Positions 1 to 13,986 of a stretch of 64,000 nt of DNA are shown here, one piece after another; position 1 is the stretch's first letter, and the number at the start of each line of letters is the position of its first letter. Under the pieces are notes generated by a model, which worked only from the letters and a program-made list of their open reading frames with translations, made no database searches and was not told the origin of the DNA. Origin of the DNA: Magallana gigas (Eukaryota); the NCBI RefSeq assembly GCF_963853765.1, contig NC_088860.1, positions 34,906,001-34,970,000 on the forward strand. Reading direction: 5' to 3'. Position numbers and translations under genes: made by a program.

Positions 1-3000
1 TTTGCATTTTCCCCTGTATATTCCTCGGATATACTTGTTAGAAATTGGTTGCTCAATTGATAACAAAGTGACTATATGGACTATCACTTCTGAGGAATAA
101 CTATTAAAAGACAGACCAATTCATGAGAAAATTAATGCTTATCTTTAATCGATTACTCCCATTGATATGTTGGTCGATTAAAATCCCTGATTTTTGCCAT
201 GCTTTGGTGCTTCCTCTATAAGATGAGTACAGGTACGAGGGAATAGAAAGTACGACTTTTAAAATATTTGAGCAAAATATTGGCCTACCAACCATTCCTC
301 ATTTACTATAATGAGATATGATAAGATAATAATCGGTAAATTGATAAAACATCAACTATATAGAAATAGGTTTTTCATGACATATTTTCCCTCAGACTGA
401 TATTTTTTTCTAGCTTTCGGTTGCCATCTTCTGGATCAAGCCAGTGAATTTTCATCTTTGAGCAACCAATTTCAAACGAGCATCCAAGGAATTAACTAGG
501 AACAATGCAAACAAAAATACAATGATAAATTAAAGAAGACTCTTAAAAAGTTATAGTTGTCATATAGAGTGGTATTTATAATACTTTACAATGTTTAGTA
601 TAACAAGATGAAATTGGTTGAATTATGAACATAATGAATAAAATTGCTCCATAAGGAACTATTGCAAATACTGTCATATTGTGTAAAAGTATGATTATTT
701 ACTTGTGGAACTCCATCCACTAATTCAGTGTTCTTTTTTAAAAAAATGTATCGAGAAAATTGTAAACATTATTGTTTTATAGTTGTAGGTATTTGATAAG
801 ATAAATTGGTTTGTAAAATAGTCAAAAGGTGTTAGCCTGTTAAGGATTGTTAGTTTGTTACAGATTACTTTTTTTATTTACTTGTCAAGATCATAAAGTA
901 ATGGCACATAACTGGGGGAAACTCCCAGCAATAATATTACTTAAATTCTGTATCAATATATGCATGCTGTATTGGATTATAATCACCATATTTAAAAATA
1001 CATTTTGCGGAAACACCCAATGATATCTATGAAATAAAAGAATTAAGTAAAGAATAGCATGTAAACAAATCTTGCGTCAGAGAACTCATTAACTATGGAC
1101 ACGTTATCTATCATTCAAGGTTTATGCCAATCAGGGCGACTAAAACATATAAAGTGCACTTCATGGCCTTTTAAAGTTTTACGCGTCAAAAAAAGAGAGA
1201 AGACTCATATATATATATATAAGTAGAAAACTCAAGATCTATTTTTCAGGAGACTGATCTAACATTTCATTTGAAAATCTTTAAATTTTTGTTTAAAAAA
1301 AAAAAACCAGTACCAAGGTCATTATGCATCAATGTTCAAACTGTTGTTTGTATATTTATGTAATAATCAGCTAGCAAGAAAGGGCTTAGTTTAATTGGAT
1401 ATTAATCTTTTACTTATATTTATCTATATAAATATAAACAGTAATAAGAAAGTTTGTATATAAATCAGTTTATACAATTCGAGCTTGACACCCCCCCCCG
1501 TAACTTTTTGTTTTCTTTATTTTATTAATCTATTTTTTTTTGCCTGTCAAAATGTTTGTGGTGTGTGTCTCTCTGCCCTCACCCTTGTTTTACACCGGGC
1601 CTACCCTTTTTTACCGATACACATGTAATATGAGGAATGAAATTCAATCACAGTTTATTATGAAAATCATTTTTATTACAAAACCACGATCAAATGTGAA
1701 ATAAAATTGATTGTCAAAAGGTAATTATATAACTCAATGCATATGGAATTGAAATGAAATGCAAATACTATGTTAATTAAGTAACAAACACAAATTCATA
1801 ATATATGTTCCATTATTTCCCCTTGCTAAAGTACTGAGGGAAAAACCAGCCTCCAAGTAATTTATCATTAACAAAAGGTCGTATCAAGATATAATTATAC
1901 ATTGTTGATCTCTTTTTTTTTTTACTGAATAGGGAATACTTAATAGAATAACTTATTTAATCTTATATATCTAAGACCAGTTTGCAGTTTTTTTCCGGGG
2001 GGGGGGGGGGTTCTTAGGTTGATTTTAGCTAAACAAATTAAATCACTCTTTGAATGACTATAACGAGAAAGAATTAGACATTCTGCGTTGCTGTATGTAA
2101 TAAATAAAGTTATTATTATATAATGCTTTTTTATTGTTTAGTGACCTGGGTGTGGAAAGTTAGGTCAATAGACGACATTCGGGGTCAGCTGGTGACGTCG
2201 CCACATCAATGAAACGTGCCCAAAGGAAATAACCCAACAATAAGTAAAAGGCATCATAGCAAATATTTTTGTCTTTAGTAATGAGTATAAACAGAAACAA
2301 TTTTTTTTGTAAAACGAATCGACGTAATTATTTATTTTGATATTTGTTATCATTTAATTCTTTTTGATGGTGACGGTTTATATGTGTAAACATTATGTAC
2401 AAGGTCAGGTCACATGCCATACATCATCTTTATGCAAATTAAGCCGGGTTAATTAGGCTCTGATCTATTGATTTCAATGGAGACATTTAATGTGGCTACG
2501 TATAATTTATTTCAATTTTTCATTTCCATTTGACCACCTTTCTCTAGAATGTTTATCTATTTGTTGACCTTTTTTTGCAATGTCAATATACTTTGAATCA
2601 CCTGTTCGCTTTACTCAGACAGTGTAGTATTTTAGCGTTGATTGATTTCCTAGAATAGCTCGTGTATCTTCGTTTATGGCTTAAAAGTGGTGAGTTGTAA
2701 ACTATTACGTCGAGGGGTCGTCGACATTAAGAATATAATAATTAAAGACGTGAATAAAATTTCAGTCTGGATTAAATAAAGCCAAGGTAAGGATTTGGTA
2801 TACTTAACAACATGCACTGATAATTCTTTTCCAAAATAATATTTTCTGTATTAAGAAATATTCTGTTATGAATTTATAATTCAAAAAAATCTCTAATAAG
2901 TTAAACTAAATTTGCATAATGCAAGATTTATTAGATAAGATTTTGATTTCAAGTACGTGTACCCGGTTAAACTTCAAAGAAAATGTGTTTTGATTTTTAA

Positions 3001-3972
3001 AAAAATCAAAGTACTGACAAGTACTTAGTGCAAAGTAAGCTGTACATTTAATTTAAGGTTTTTAATACCGATCGGAAAATGCATTGTATTATATTATTGT
3101 AAAGAACAATTCTACAGAATTTCACTTACACTCTAAAATAAAAGATACAGACATTTAGAACAATTCAAACCTTCTCTTCATCTGACCTATGATATTCACT
3201 TTAAAAGTGTAAAAAAAAAATAATTAACCATATATATTTAAACGCGAAAAAAGGAAAACCGTCTATAACATGCACTTTTGTAAAGTAAGCACCATATCAT
3301 TTACAAGTTAAGTCTTTTACAAAAAAAAAATGAACTACGAAATATTTTTACGAATATACGATAAAATGTTTATTTCTGTAGAGTCAGTTTAACGTTTTGC
3401 AACAAGTGGTTTGAACATTTTTGGTTCCTTAATGATCTCTCAACTCTGAAGTTTCATATATGAATGCTATTTCAAGGTATATAGTACAGTGGTAGTTATG
3501 TAGGGAAATTATATAGCACAAGACTAATGTTGGGAGCCACGTTTATTTTACAACTAATTTCGTTTTGTAAAACAGATGTCGTAAAGCAATTAGTCAGATC
3601 CAAAAACAATATTTAGCAAGTTTATTGGAAACATAAAAAGCTTGATAGATGCAATATATTAGATAAGAATTTTTATTTACATCTGTTTTTACGTACATCA
3701 ACTTTTGCATTTATTAATAAAGCTTTATTATGAATTTAAAATATTCAAAACGTAAAAAAGGTGACATGTAGTAAAATTCAAAGCTCTGTCGTACCACTTT
3801 GTCCGTCCCTGGGAAATGAAATACCTTGACTAATCACCCTATTATACTTCAATCAACTTAATGTCCCCTCGTAGACTTTAATTTTGTGTGCCTTGTTATT
3901 ATACATTTGTCTAACATGATAATATTAATTAAGACTAACAGGGAAATGTTTCTTGTTTGTAAAGCCACCTCT

Positions 3973-3974
<2 letters not shown>

Positions 3975-4036
<62 letters not shown>

Positions 4037-4068
4037 TAGTAGAAGTAGTACTGTAGTACTGTAGTAGT
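3975..4068. repeat. (GA)n microsatellite followed by degenerate (GTA)n
   Basis: Read directly. Confidence 0.95.
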
Positions 4069-4639
4069 AACCTAATGAAAAAAACAGTTTTTCAGATAAA
4101 TAAGAATACAACAGTTCATATTCAAAAGCCAGTTCTATTATCTTTTACTGATTAACCATTTTAAATTGTCAATGAGTCTATGACTAACTGACAATTAAAA
4201 ATTTTTAATTTGTAAAAGACACTATTCAGGAATCTTGCAACTATTGAACAGCAATGTTGAAATTGTTGCCAATGCCTTCCTAGTTTCTTTCTATTTTAAC
4301 TAACTTAAAAGGCAGGTAATGAGCAGATCTAAAAACTATACAATGAACAAAAGAATTGAAAATGTCGCTTTCTGATTAAGTTGATCTTAACTTCACTTTT
4401 TTAACGTTTAGTATGGTTGAATGATTTTCACACAAGTAAAAGTACAGACGAGTTTCCGTGTTTTATTTTATGGTTCTAATTCATAATTTTCATTAACTCG
4501 ACATGACATTAATAAAACCCGCATATTGTAGGTGAAATTTTGCGAAAATTTTGTTAAAAAAATGATTTTTATGAATTAAAAATCAGTCGCCTATCCATCA
4601 TGTTAAAAGAGAAAAAGATATTTTCGTTTATGTATAATA

Positions 4640-4641
<2 letters not shown>

Positions 4642-4676
<35 letters not shown>
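4642..4676. repeat. (CT)n microsatellite
   Basis: Read directly. Confidence 0.95.
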
Positions 4677-4679
<3 letters not shown>

Positions 4680-7600
4680 ACTTTTAGATTCAATTTTGAG
4701 ACAATTTAAACAATGTTGATCATCGATCAATTTAATTTCTCTGATCGACAGAACGCCTTTACTTACGTAATAACGATGTGATATATGTTCTAATTATTTG
4801 AAAGAATATTTTTGTCAATAAAAATATGAATTATTTTACACTTAGATAGGTAGGAACAATGTTGACAATGTTTGGGCGTTAAATACCATTTTGACACTAA
4901 TTCATTTGTGTTGAATTCTTAAATGTTACAGTTATCCACACGTTGTAAAACTTTCGTATTTTCCCGTTCAAATAAAATCGGATTAGAATCTATCGAGATG
5001 ATTTTTGATTTTGCCTCCAATATACCGATACGAAAATCTAAACTCCATCAACAGAAAATGCCCCCTCGCCAATCGTCTGCAACTTTTTTCTTCTGTCCAT
5101 GATCTGCGATCGTTTTTGCCAGGCGTCCGTTCCCTTTACTTAGGTTAGCATTTGGTGTTCTCCCTCGCCGTTTTAGTCTCTGTCTTAGCTTGCAAGTTAA
5201 GAGTCACTATATTGTTCCATGGTCCAAATTGCTATGGTAAAGTATATGGTATAAAATGCCATTTTCTGTGCTGGTATTAAAAAGCCTGGGCATGCCGGAA
5301 GGTTACAAACTTATGTAAGTATAGAGTAATTGAAAGCTTTTTGACATTTAGTCTGATCTTTAGACTTATGCCACAAGACACAAGACAGCCAGCCGCATAT
5401 AGTGTTTAAACACCTGTTTAATGGAAAAATACTATACCACTCCCAGTCGGAACATCTCGGAAGTCGTGTACGATAAGTGCACGATAGATCCGAGGAATCC
5501 GCAGATGACACCACTCCCCATCCTAACGGATATCATTTTACGAGGTCAGATTAAATGGTTTACCCTAATTGTAGTAAAAGTGTCCTCACGAAAGGACTAG
5601 TTAATCATTAGGATGTCGTCTACAACAAGCTTATCTTTTTATAAAGCTCGGAAAACATATCCGAAAGCTAGCTATTCATATAATTTCTAATATAACTTGA
5701 CATTATAAAACCTTAGGTACAGTTACTTTATTATTTATGATAAAACACAAAACTTCAGATCATATGTAGATGATAAAACGAAATTCACAGTTTAACTACA
5801 GTCGTACAGTGTTCTCAGAATGCTCTACCATGGGGTCGAGCATGCGTATTCCAGTAAGGAATACTAACGCAGTTGCTAGCGCTCTCGTAGCAATCATAGT
5901 GTCACATGATCATCCTACATCCGGTCAACACAGATGCCAGTGAAAAAAAAAGTCTGTGTTCGACTGCAAGGACATTCAATAGCGATGTTGCAAGTTTAAA
6001 AAGTCAGAAAATAACACCAAACTTTGCTTTTGTCCGACCTTTTTCGCGGACATGGTCCAAACTCGATAACTTTTGTCACACAGCACCCACTTTCGCAAAT
6101 TTTCGGGCATTTCCAGCGGAGCTCGGAAAACGCCGTTTTTCTGATATTGTCAGAAAGGCACGAGATGCGGCATAGTGAATATTTTATCATGGGGACCCTT
6201 GACGAAAAATGTTAGTTTACAAATAATCCAGACATAAATTACTATCTATTCTGTAAAAGAACAAGCTTATTAATCGGCTAATTTTGAGCTAATTGTGAAG
6301 TGTCATTTTTATTAAAGATAATTGCGATTAATTAGAAAAAGTGGTTTTGTAAATGAAACAGAGAGCAGAAGCTTCAGTAGTGCACGAAAGAGCTGGAGTA
6401 TATTTTAAACCCTTTTCACAATTGCCGCACTAGCAGACGCAACAAAATACTTTTATTCGTGAGACCAAAATAATTAGATATGGTTTGTAAACTGTTGGCA
6501 AAATGATCGCATATGAAAAATTACTTACACGTAACTCGCACGATTCAGAGCGATCATTTTGCGATGTGAATGCAATGAATATTGCGATATATCTTGCTTC
6601 TATATGCGACAATGCAAGCGAGTGCTGTAAGATAATGCGATAAGATTGCACGAAAGACCAGATGATCGGACGATTGAGCATGCGCCAATGCGATAGGACG
6701 AGCGGCGCTCGTCCAATCATTCGTTTCATCGTACAAATGCTCGAACGAGTCAGAGCAGTTATATATATCGCCCGTTTCCGACGCTCTTCAGGTACCACAC
6801 CGGTAATAATTATTGTTTTCACTATATAGTACTATAGAGGGAAAAAATTCTTAAAAATCAGTTTGTATTTCTCATGACAAAATATTTGAGGAAATGTTAT
6901 TTGTTATACCTATCTCATCAGCTAACACCATAAAAAGGGCACACGATACGGCATTTTCCCAAAATATCTAGCTCCAAACAGGTCTTCCCTCAAAACCACG
7001 TGTTTTCCGTTTGTATGTAAACAGACTGCACACTCCCCCAGGAAGCTGCTGCATGTGTCCTGAAAGAAGTAGTCCCTGTGAAAAAAGATCATCATCCAAC
7101 AAAAAAAAAATGAAATATTCTCAGTGGTACAAAAAAATTAAAACTGAGTAAAGGAAAATGTAAAAATGCACTCAAGAATTTAAAAATATTATTCTAAAGT
7201 AGTGTATACATGGAACTACCCTTGACTAAGTTCATAAGTTCATTTTGATTGGTCGATTACCGGTGTGATACCTTCAGTAAATAGTTGAATGCAAGAGAAG
7301 AACACAAAAGCAACACCCAAAATTAAGCTCAATTGTGGCCTGAAACAGAAATTCTTATACATTGTAGATTGTATAAGGGAACTATTCGTCCAAGTTTTGT
7401 TTCGCTCATTTTGTCAGTTAGTGGATTAAGACTTGGCGAATACCAGTGTCTAATTATATCTCTCTTTACCGCGACATTGTTGGAGCGATTTCAAGACAGG
7501 TCAAACCCGAAAGTAGAAGCGATAATATCACGGGGCGAAAATAACCCTGTATCCAATATGTACTATTATCATACTTTTATGTTAAATACTGAAATCTGAT

Positions 7601-7751
7601 TGGTAAAGACGAAGTTGATAATCCGTTCTATTATCCTTAGCGTGAGCAACACACTTCGCAACGGGTAACATAACGAATTGTTACATACGCGTAAATGATG
7701 CGCGTACGGTTCGCCTTAGAATTAAATTCATTCGAATAGAAAAGCAGTTAA

Positions 7752-8093
7752 GGTACTTCACTACACCGAGACTTATACTTTTTAAGACACTACGTCACAA
7801 GATGGCGATTTAAATGTTTTGTTAAACTGTTTGTATCAATCGATTCAGATGTATATCGTCAAAGCTCAGTGGTTAATGTATCAGGCTTGTGAACCGCAGG
7901 TCATGAGTTCGAATCCACCTGGGGCTTTTGTTTATGTTTACTGAATGACATTTTTGAAAATATCATTTTTTATCTAAAATTGCACTTTTTTTCGCCTATT
8001 TGATATATATACTTCTTATCCATCATACTTTCTATCATAATCAAGTAATTTTCTGCTGATTTGAGAAACTATTTCCAGGTGTAGTGAGGCACC
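7752..8093. mobile_element. 342 bp MITE with TTAA target duplication (Kolobok/piggyBac-type), nested in a hairpin-tailed element
   Basis: TTAA at 7748-7751 and 8094-8097. The TIRs are GGTACTTCACTACACC and GGTGTAGTGAGGCACC (2 mismatches). The host element is uninterrupted at this position in its copies at 9256-9622 and 30575-30907. Confidence 0.85.
7855..7927 (+). pseudogene. Degenerate tRNA-Thr(TGT)-like sequence inside the MITE
   Basis: A-box-like AGCTCAGTGGTTA, anticodon-loop-like CTTGTGA, B-box GAGTTCGAATCC and 3' CTGGGGC are present. The anticodon and acceptor stems no longer pair. Confidence 0.65.
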
Positions 8094-8325
8094 TTAAGTT
8101 TTCTTTAAAATTGACATTCAGTGTAATATAATAAATAGTGCCTATTGGGGAGGATAACAGTTGAAATCGACACCCCTCGAAAACTATTGTCAACCTCCGC
8201 TTCGCATCGGTTGACAATGGTTTTCGAGGGGTGTCGATTTCAACTGTTACCCTCCCAAACGGACATTATTTATATAGTTGCAAATCATGGAAACTGAAAC
8301 CGATAAATCTTGCAATGATAGTAAA

Positions 8326-8811
8326 ACGTTGCAAGATTACATGAGACACATTGAGCAACAGTCTCATGGTCGCACAACACACGCATAAACAGCTACAATT
8401 TACCTATCGTGCATCGCTCTTGCGAGTACAGTAAACGCTGTAAAACGTTCTTACTAATGTTCGTGCGTTGCATTGCAATATTTGGATCGCATTTGGTCGC
8501 GTCTGAATATTGTGCATGTCCATTATTTTGAGAAGACATGATCTGACCACAAAAACGCATGCAACGAATGTGCGGCGTATGCGATAGTTCGTGCGAAGCC
8601 GTAAATTTCCGATCGCAAAGTGTTGCAATTTGCAAAGTGCTCGTGCGCCAATCTGTCTAAAAGGGGTTTTAGACAGAGTTTTGTTTCGTAAAAACCGGTT
8701 CTATGTTTTGCATATTACTTGTTGCTCATTGGTTATTGTTATTTTTTCTTTTAATAGCAAAAAGTTGATATCATCAATATTTATGACAGTATTTTTATCA
8801 TGCTTGCAACC
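8326..8811. mobile_element. Degenerate CpG-rich MITE with TTAA at the right end
   Basis: Left AACGTTGCAAG vs reverse-complemented right end AAGGTTGCAAG. TTAA at 8812-8815. The left target site is degenerate. Confidence 0.45.
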
Positions 8812-9255
8812 TTAAAAGCTTTTCATCTCAAAAGGTCATACAAAAATGTCAATATTCATAAAGTGTAAACTTTTACTTTGATTTCAAAGGTGAACCGCAT
8901 AGGGCGAGGTCATGGCTACATGTGTCAACCCTGAATAGAGCGTTAGTCCTTTTCTTATGAGATATAGTAACCTTTTTTTTCATAAAGAACATTTGTTAAT
9001 CATAAGGTCACTGTTACTTAAAATCAAATTGCCAGAAATTTTCCTACCTGTTTATGCAAAGGTAAAACCAACTGTTTATTTCCAGACGTTGCTGTAGATA
9101 CTGTATACAACTTTATAGGGAAATTTGGGTTTAAAAAGAGAGACCAAAATTTTCCCGTAGAGAAAGCCAAAATTTCCAGTAGAGTTACAAACATGCGACT
9201 GTGTCACAGGACCAATAATATATTTTTTACCTAATTTTTGGAGGGGGTGTCGTGT

Positions 9256-9622
9256 TATAATATAAATAGTGCCTGTTTTGGAGGGTAAGAGTTGAAATTG
9301 ACACCCCGAGAAAACCATTGTCAACCGACGCGAAGCGGAGGTTGACAGTGGTTTTCGAGGGGTGTTAATTTCAACTCTTACCCTCCAAAACAGGCACTAT
9401 TTATTTTATTACACTGAATGTCTCAATTTCAAAGAAAACTTTATTGCTTTTATATTGGAATGACGTGAATTCTATGGCGAACCGTACGCCATTAATTTAC
9501 GCGCATGTAACAATTTGTTGTGTTACCCTTTACCAAGTGTGTTGCTAACGCTGAGGGCAATAGAATGGATTATCAACTGCGTCTTAACCAATCAGATTTC
9601 TGTATTTAACATGAAAGTATAA
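9256..9622 (-). mobile_element. Hairpin-tailed element copy 2 (inverted)
   Basis: Reverse-complement match to copy 1 without the MITE. Palindrome at about 9261-9404. Confidence 0.8.
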
Positions 9623-10884
9623 TAAAAGAAAATAACTACATCTAATAGCAAGTTGATACATGATACATGATTTTGATTTTTTTATTACATATATAGATTT
9701 TTTAACATAAACTGTTATTAGCATAAAATGTTTCATTTTGAAAGAGCAAGACATACCTTTATTCCTTTTTATGGGGGGGGGGGGTAGTATAACTATTTTT
9801 GGTTTTTTAAAAACATTGTTTAGGGTTGTTGTTTTGTTACTTTTTGCTGTTAAGTATTTGTTAAATCATTTATACATGTCCTTTTCAAAAACTTGCTACT
9901 ACTTGAGAGACTCTGTCTTCAAAAACGTTTGATTTCAATGAAAATGTTACCGATAAAATAAGTTGGTGGGAATGGTAGGTAAATATGCATTCAGAATATC
10001 ACATTTTTCTTTGCTATATAAATGATAATTATAATTGATCAAAAGCGTTCCAGACTTTCGCATAAAAGTAAAATAATGTTATTCTGCGTTGAACATGTTG
10101 TTATATTTATTGCTTGACAAAAACCACCGATTTTGACACCTCTTACATTAAGGTTGCGGAACCAATCGAAGTAAAGATAAAAATATTCACATGTTTACGT
10201 CAAATCGTCTATTTTTAACCTTGTGCATGACAAAAGTACCATTGTGCATTAAAGATATTATTTTTTTTTTACAAAGCACTCTTAAATTATTCTTTAACCA
10301 ACACCTACTTCGGTGATGAAGCAGGTTTTTGGGGCCAAAAGGACACCTTTTGGGGGATTATTTGTGTCAATATGTGCAAGCCTACCAGCATGTTTAACAT
10401 TTTTACAATGTAAATAAACGCTCATTCTTGTCAGATTGGAGCTTAGAATTGACACTAGAGAATGAAATATTGTTGTACAATTTGACAAATGAAACAGAGG
10501 GATGTCTGCAAAACACTGGGTCATGACATTAAGATGAAGTTTTTGTGTTTTCTTTTGCCCCCGCTGCTGCATTAGTTGAACTTTAAGTCATTCGATGCTG
10601 TTAAGATTATGCAAATACTGGTATATTTACGTCATTTAGCCATGATAGCTTCATCCGCGTTATGTCTATATACATATAAATATGATCCGTTTACATATAC
10701 ATACATATACAACGAGGATTTTTTTATGACATCTGCGGTTGATGAGGATACCATGTCATAATATGTCATTATTGACTTTGACAAATAATTCTGGTGGCAT
10801 ATTTTAATCCCAAGAATGAGGGGAAGAATATTTCACCGGCAAATAATGAATTCTACTTCTTTTTTAATGATAAAAATCTTTGTA

Positions 10885-11355
10885 TCCTTTTTAAACCGGG
10901 TTTTCCAAAAAGAAAATTCCAGTTATTGTAGTGGTGAAAATGGCGGATGGGAAGGCGGGCGGCTGCCAAAAGGGTACCCTTATTGTACAGATAACTCCTC
11001 CCATTGTTTTTAAGATAGGAGGTTGTTGTTTTGCAGATCAATTGTACATATATCAGAGATGTGCATATTACACCCACTGGATTTTGATTTTTGATAATTT
11101 ATGAAAAAATACCCGCTACTGAACTTAGTCATTTTTTCGCACAATATTGCATGTAAGGTACCTGTACTTTTCCTCCTACAATTTTCAAGATACAGGATTA
11201 TAAAGTTGTTTTGCAATTCAGTTGTAAATAAATTAGAGATGTGTATATGACTTAGATTTTGATTTTTTATAATTTTTGAAAGAAAATCAACTGTTGAACT
11301 TTGTTAGTTTTTGGTAAAAATATTGCGTTTCTCTTGATCGGTAGTGGGTTTTTTT
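10885..11355. mobile_element. Helentron-associated (HINE/pearl-like) element with about two 175-185 bp tandem core repeats
   Basis: A GGCGGGCGGCTGCC tract is followed by two diverged monomers (GGTACC at 10973 and 11157; GAACTT at 11121 and 11296). The family assignment comes from recall of bivalve repeats. Confidence 0.6.
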
Positions 11356-13986
11356 TTCCAATTCAGAGTTGACAAATGGATGATCGATACTGTTCACACA
11401 AAAAGAAAATCCGGTTTGCTGTCTGATTGACAACCTTTCTCTTGCGTTTCTTATCGTTTCAATTTCCCCACATTTTCAAATCATAGATATAGATTATTTA
11501 TTAAGAGAGCAGCATGGTCAGGACCATATGAAGGCTATATTTACCTTATTTAGATGAAGAGCTTTATATGAATGTATAGGAAAACGTTCAAATTTTAAAG
11601 TCAAAATTGTTGTTGGAGTTTCCTTTTTTTAACTATTTGAAAAAATATCGTATTCAAAATTGTTTTCAGGCAGATATCATTGATAATTTGTAAACCACCC
11701 TGTCTTCTTAATGAAACGCTTCTGTATATTGTTTGTAATTATTACTGGGTGAAGCAGATTTAGTCTCGTGGAAAATTAAATGTAGTTTTGATTAAGCGGA
11801 AATGAAAACAATAATGCCTTCATAAATATAAATTGCAAAATACCACGGGGAAAGCCAGCTACTAAATACCAAAAAATATTCTTAATTAATCAACAAAAAA
11901 TAATTATTATTTCAAAAACAGGTGATAAAGGCGTCAAAAACTCCGCAACTAATGCCTTACCAAAGTAATTAAGATTTTAAAAATTGTTCATTATTATTCG
12001 AAAAAAATCCATTTTCAATTCTAACACACTATTGATTCATATATAATTAAGAAACAGTTCGAATTAACCTGTTTTTATCAAAAAACTAAAAACATCGAAT
12101 GTAATATCATATCTATGCTATTCGTGTACAAGGAAGATTTCAATGGGATGTAAAAAAAAATATATATCATCTCGATTACACAATAAGTGAGATACAAATG
12201 TCAGTAATTTGCATTTTGAACGAAGGTCTGTCAATTAGACAGAAGTATGCGGTAAGAGACTAACTGGGGTTATTTATCATAGTCACCTGAATATATAAGT
12301 AGAGGGAGATTGTTTTCTCGTCACCATTTGGAAATCGGATTACTCTGATTAAACGTCAAAGGTTTGGTCATATATTATTATTTTAAATTTTACTTTCTTC
12401 TGTACTTTTTTTTTAATTTCAATTTTTCTTTTTGATATTAAACTTATATTTTTTTAAAATTCTATTTTCATTTTTATTTTTTTTTGTCCTGTAAAAAATG
12501 TACAGTTTTTTTTTTTATCATTATGACGTTTTATTTTTACATAAGAATTGCTTAAACTATGTTTTAAATGAAATTATTTGTTATGTATCTTTTTGCATTT
12601 TTTTTTTGCATGGGGGGGGGGGGGGTGTTGTAGGTGATCTCAGGGCACACTCAATTTGTTAGAATGATTTTAGTTAATATGTCAGTTATAAACATGTTCA
12701 GTGTTTAAAAAGAGTACTAGTGCACTTGTCATCTTTGTAATTTGGATTTTTCATTTGTGAATTTGAATACATTGAAAAAAATATATTTCGAGATAAACAA
12801 TTTGAAATAAGTTTGATATTGTACTGTAGAATAATCATTTTCGGTGATATTAAAAAAAAATCACAATATGACTTCGGTTATGAATATAGTCAAATAAACG
12901 TTCTGGGTATATGAAATTAGTTGAGCTATCCCTTAACTGTTGCTTTCGTAAAAATTCACGTTTTAAGATCAGCTATACTACTTTATAGGATTTATCCTAA
13001 TATCAAAAGCAAGTTAGCCTAAAAACAAATGACAACGCATTGAAGACGGAAAAAATACAATGAAGAGTAGTTGTTTTGTTTCGGGCCTAATACGGACAAA
13101 GAAATATACTCAAAACAATAAATGCAGATAATAATTCACATGGGTCAAGCAGGTGCTTTGGAATTCTAACCTTTGCCATATTCACTCACTTTCCCAAAAT
13201 TCACGATTAATGTAATTACGTTCTTTTGGTAACCATAGAGAAGAGCAGCAAAATAAAATCGTTGAAGTTAAGGTTGTCAAAAGTATCTCGTTGGTCATAA
13301 ATCATATATTTGACAAATCGTAAATATAATTTTTCTTAAACTTTCCAGTAATAGGTTGATTGGGAATTGCATTTACGTGCATCAATTTTAAACAAACCGA
13401 ATTTACCTATCAAGAATTCAAATCAGTTATGAAATTTTCAATAATTAGTGTCGATGTGCATCGTTTTTAACAAAGTGTGTGCACCGGTGGCGTTAATTAA
13501 TTATCTCGCGATCATTGAAAAATTAATTATCTTCGACGGCTTGAATCATTAAACAGTTGGATGCGCTGCGGTTTTGCAATCGCTGTGTGATTGACTGTCT
13601 AGGGGTCGAAGTGCCGGTTTGTACTGGGAACAAGGAAATATGCTTTCCTTGTTAATTTTATTTTCTTGCTGCATAATTTCGACCAAAGATTAACCTTGCA
13701 AATTGAATAAGGAACGTATTGCCTCCCCGTCAATGTCTTTCGTAATTGATTACCTGTTATGACGGTACCTAACCTTTTAGACCTTATTAATTAAATTAAT
13801 AAAATCTTAATTTAAAATTTACATGGACTGTGAATCACGTAATAAGAAACGCACGTTTTCAAGACTTTTGCTGTCATGTATTTTGGAATGTAACGCACGT
13901 GCTTTGCTTTTCAAATCTTATACATATTTGAGAATAATTTCGTTGTTTTCTTTTTCAGGCAGCCTTTTTCCAGATAAGTCACAAAG

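Larger units (their letters stand above)
7566..8275 (+). mobile_element. Non-autonomous element with about 145 bp terminal hairpin (copy 1)
   Basis: Head ATACTTTTATGTTAAATACTGAAATCTGATTGG and a 3' palindrome at 8128-8275. It is homologous to 9256-9622 and 30575-30907. The superfamily is unresolved (Crypton-like or Helitron-like). Confidence 0.8.

Noticed and set aside
414-499. Possible terminal exon (acceptor, then xFGCHLLDQASEFSSLSNQFQTSIQGIN*) of a gene outside the window
   Set aside because: Too short and unrecognisable to support without upstream sequence or RNA data.
5038-5100. Minus-strand peptide LQTIGEGAFSV resembling a kinase Gly-rich loop
   Set aside because: It is bounded by stops, has no downstream VAxK or other kinase motifs and no clear splice context. 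tBLASTn would be needed.
7855-7927. Functional tRNA gene
   Set aside because: The anticodon and acceptor stems do not pair, so it is kept only as a relic.
5906-8815. Several 60-130 aa ORFs in the CpG-rich tracts
   Set aside because: They lie in non-autonomous repeat-like DNA. No transposase (DDE), RT or recombinase motifs were seen.
13480-13820. Cluster of TAAT/ATTA homeodomain-like sites upstream of the orphan gene
   Set aside because: Expected in an AT-rich background and not distinguishable without conservation data.
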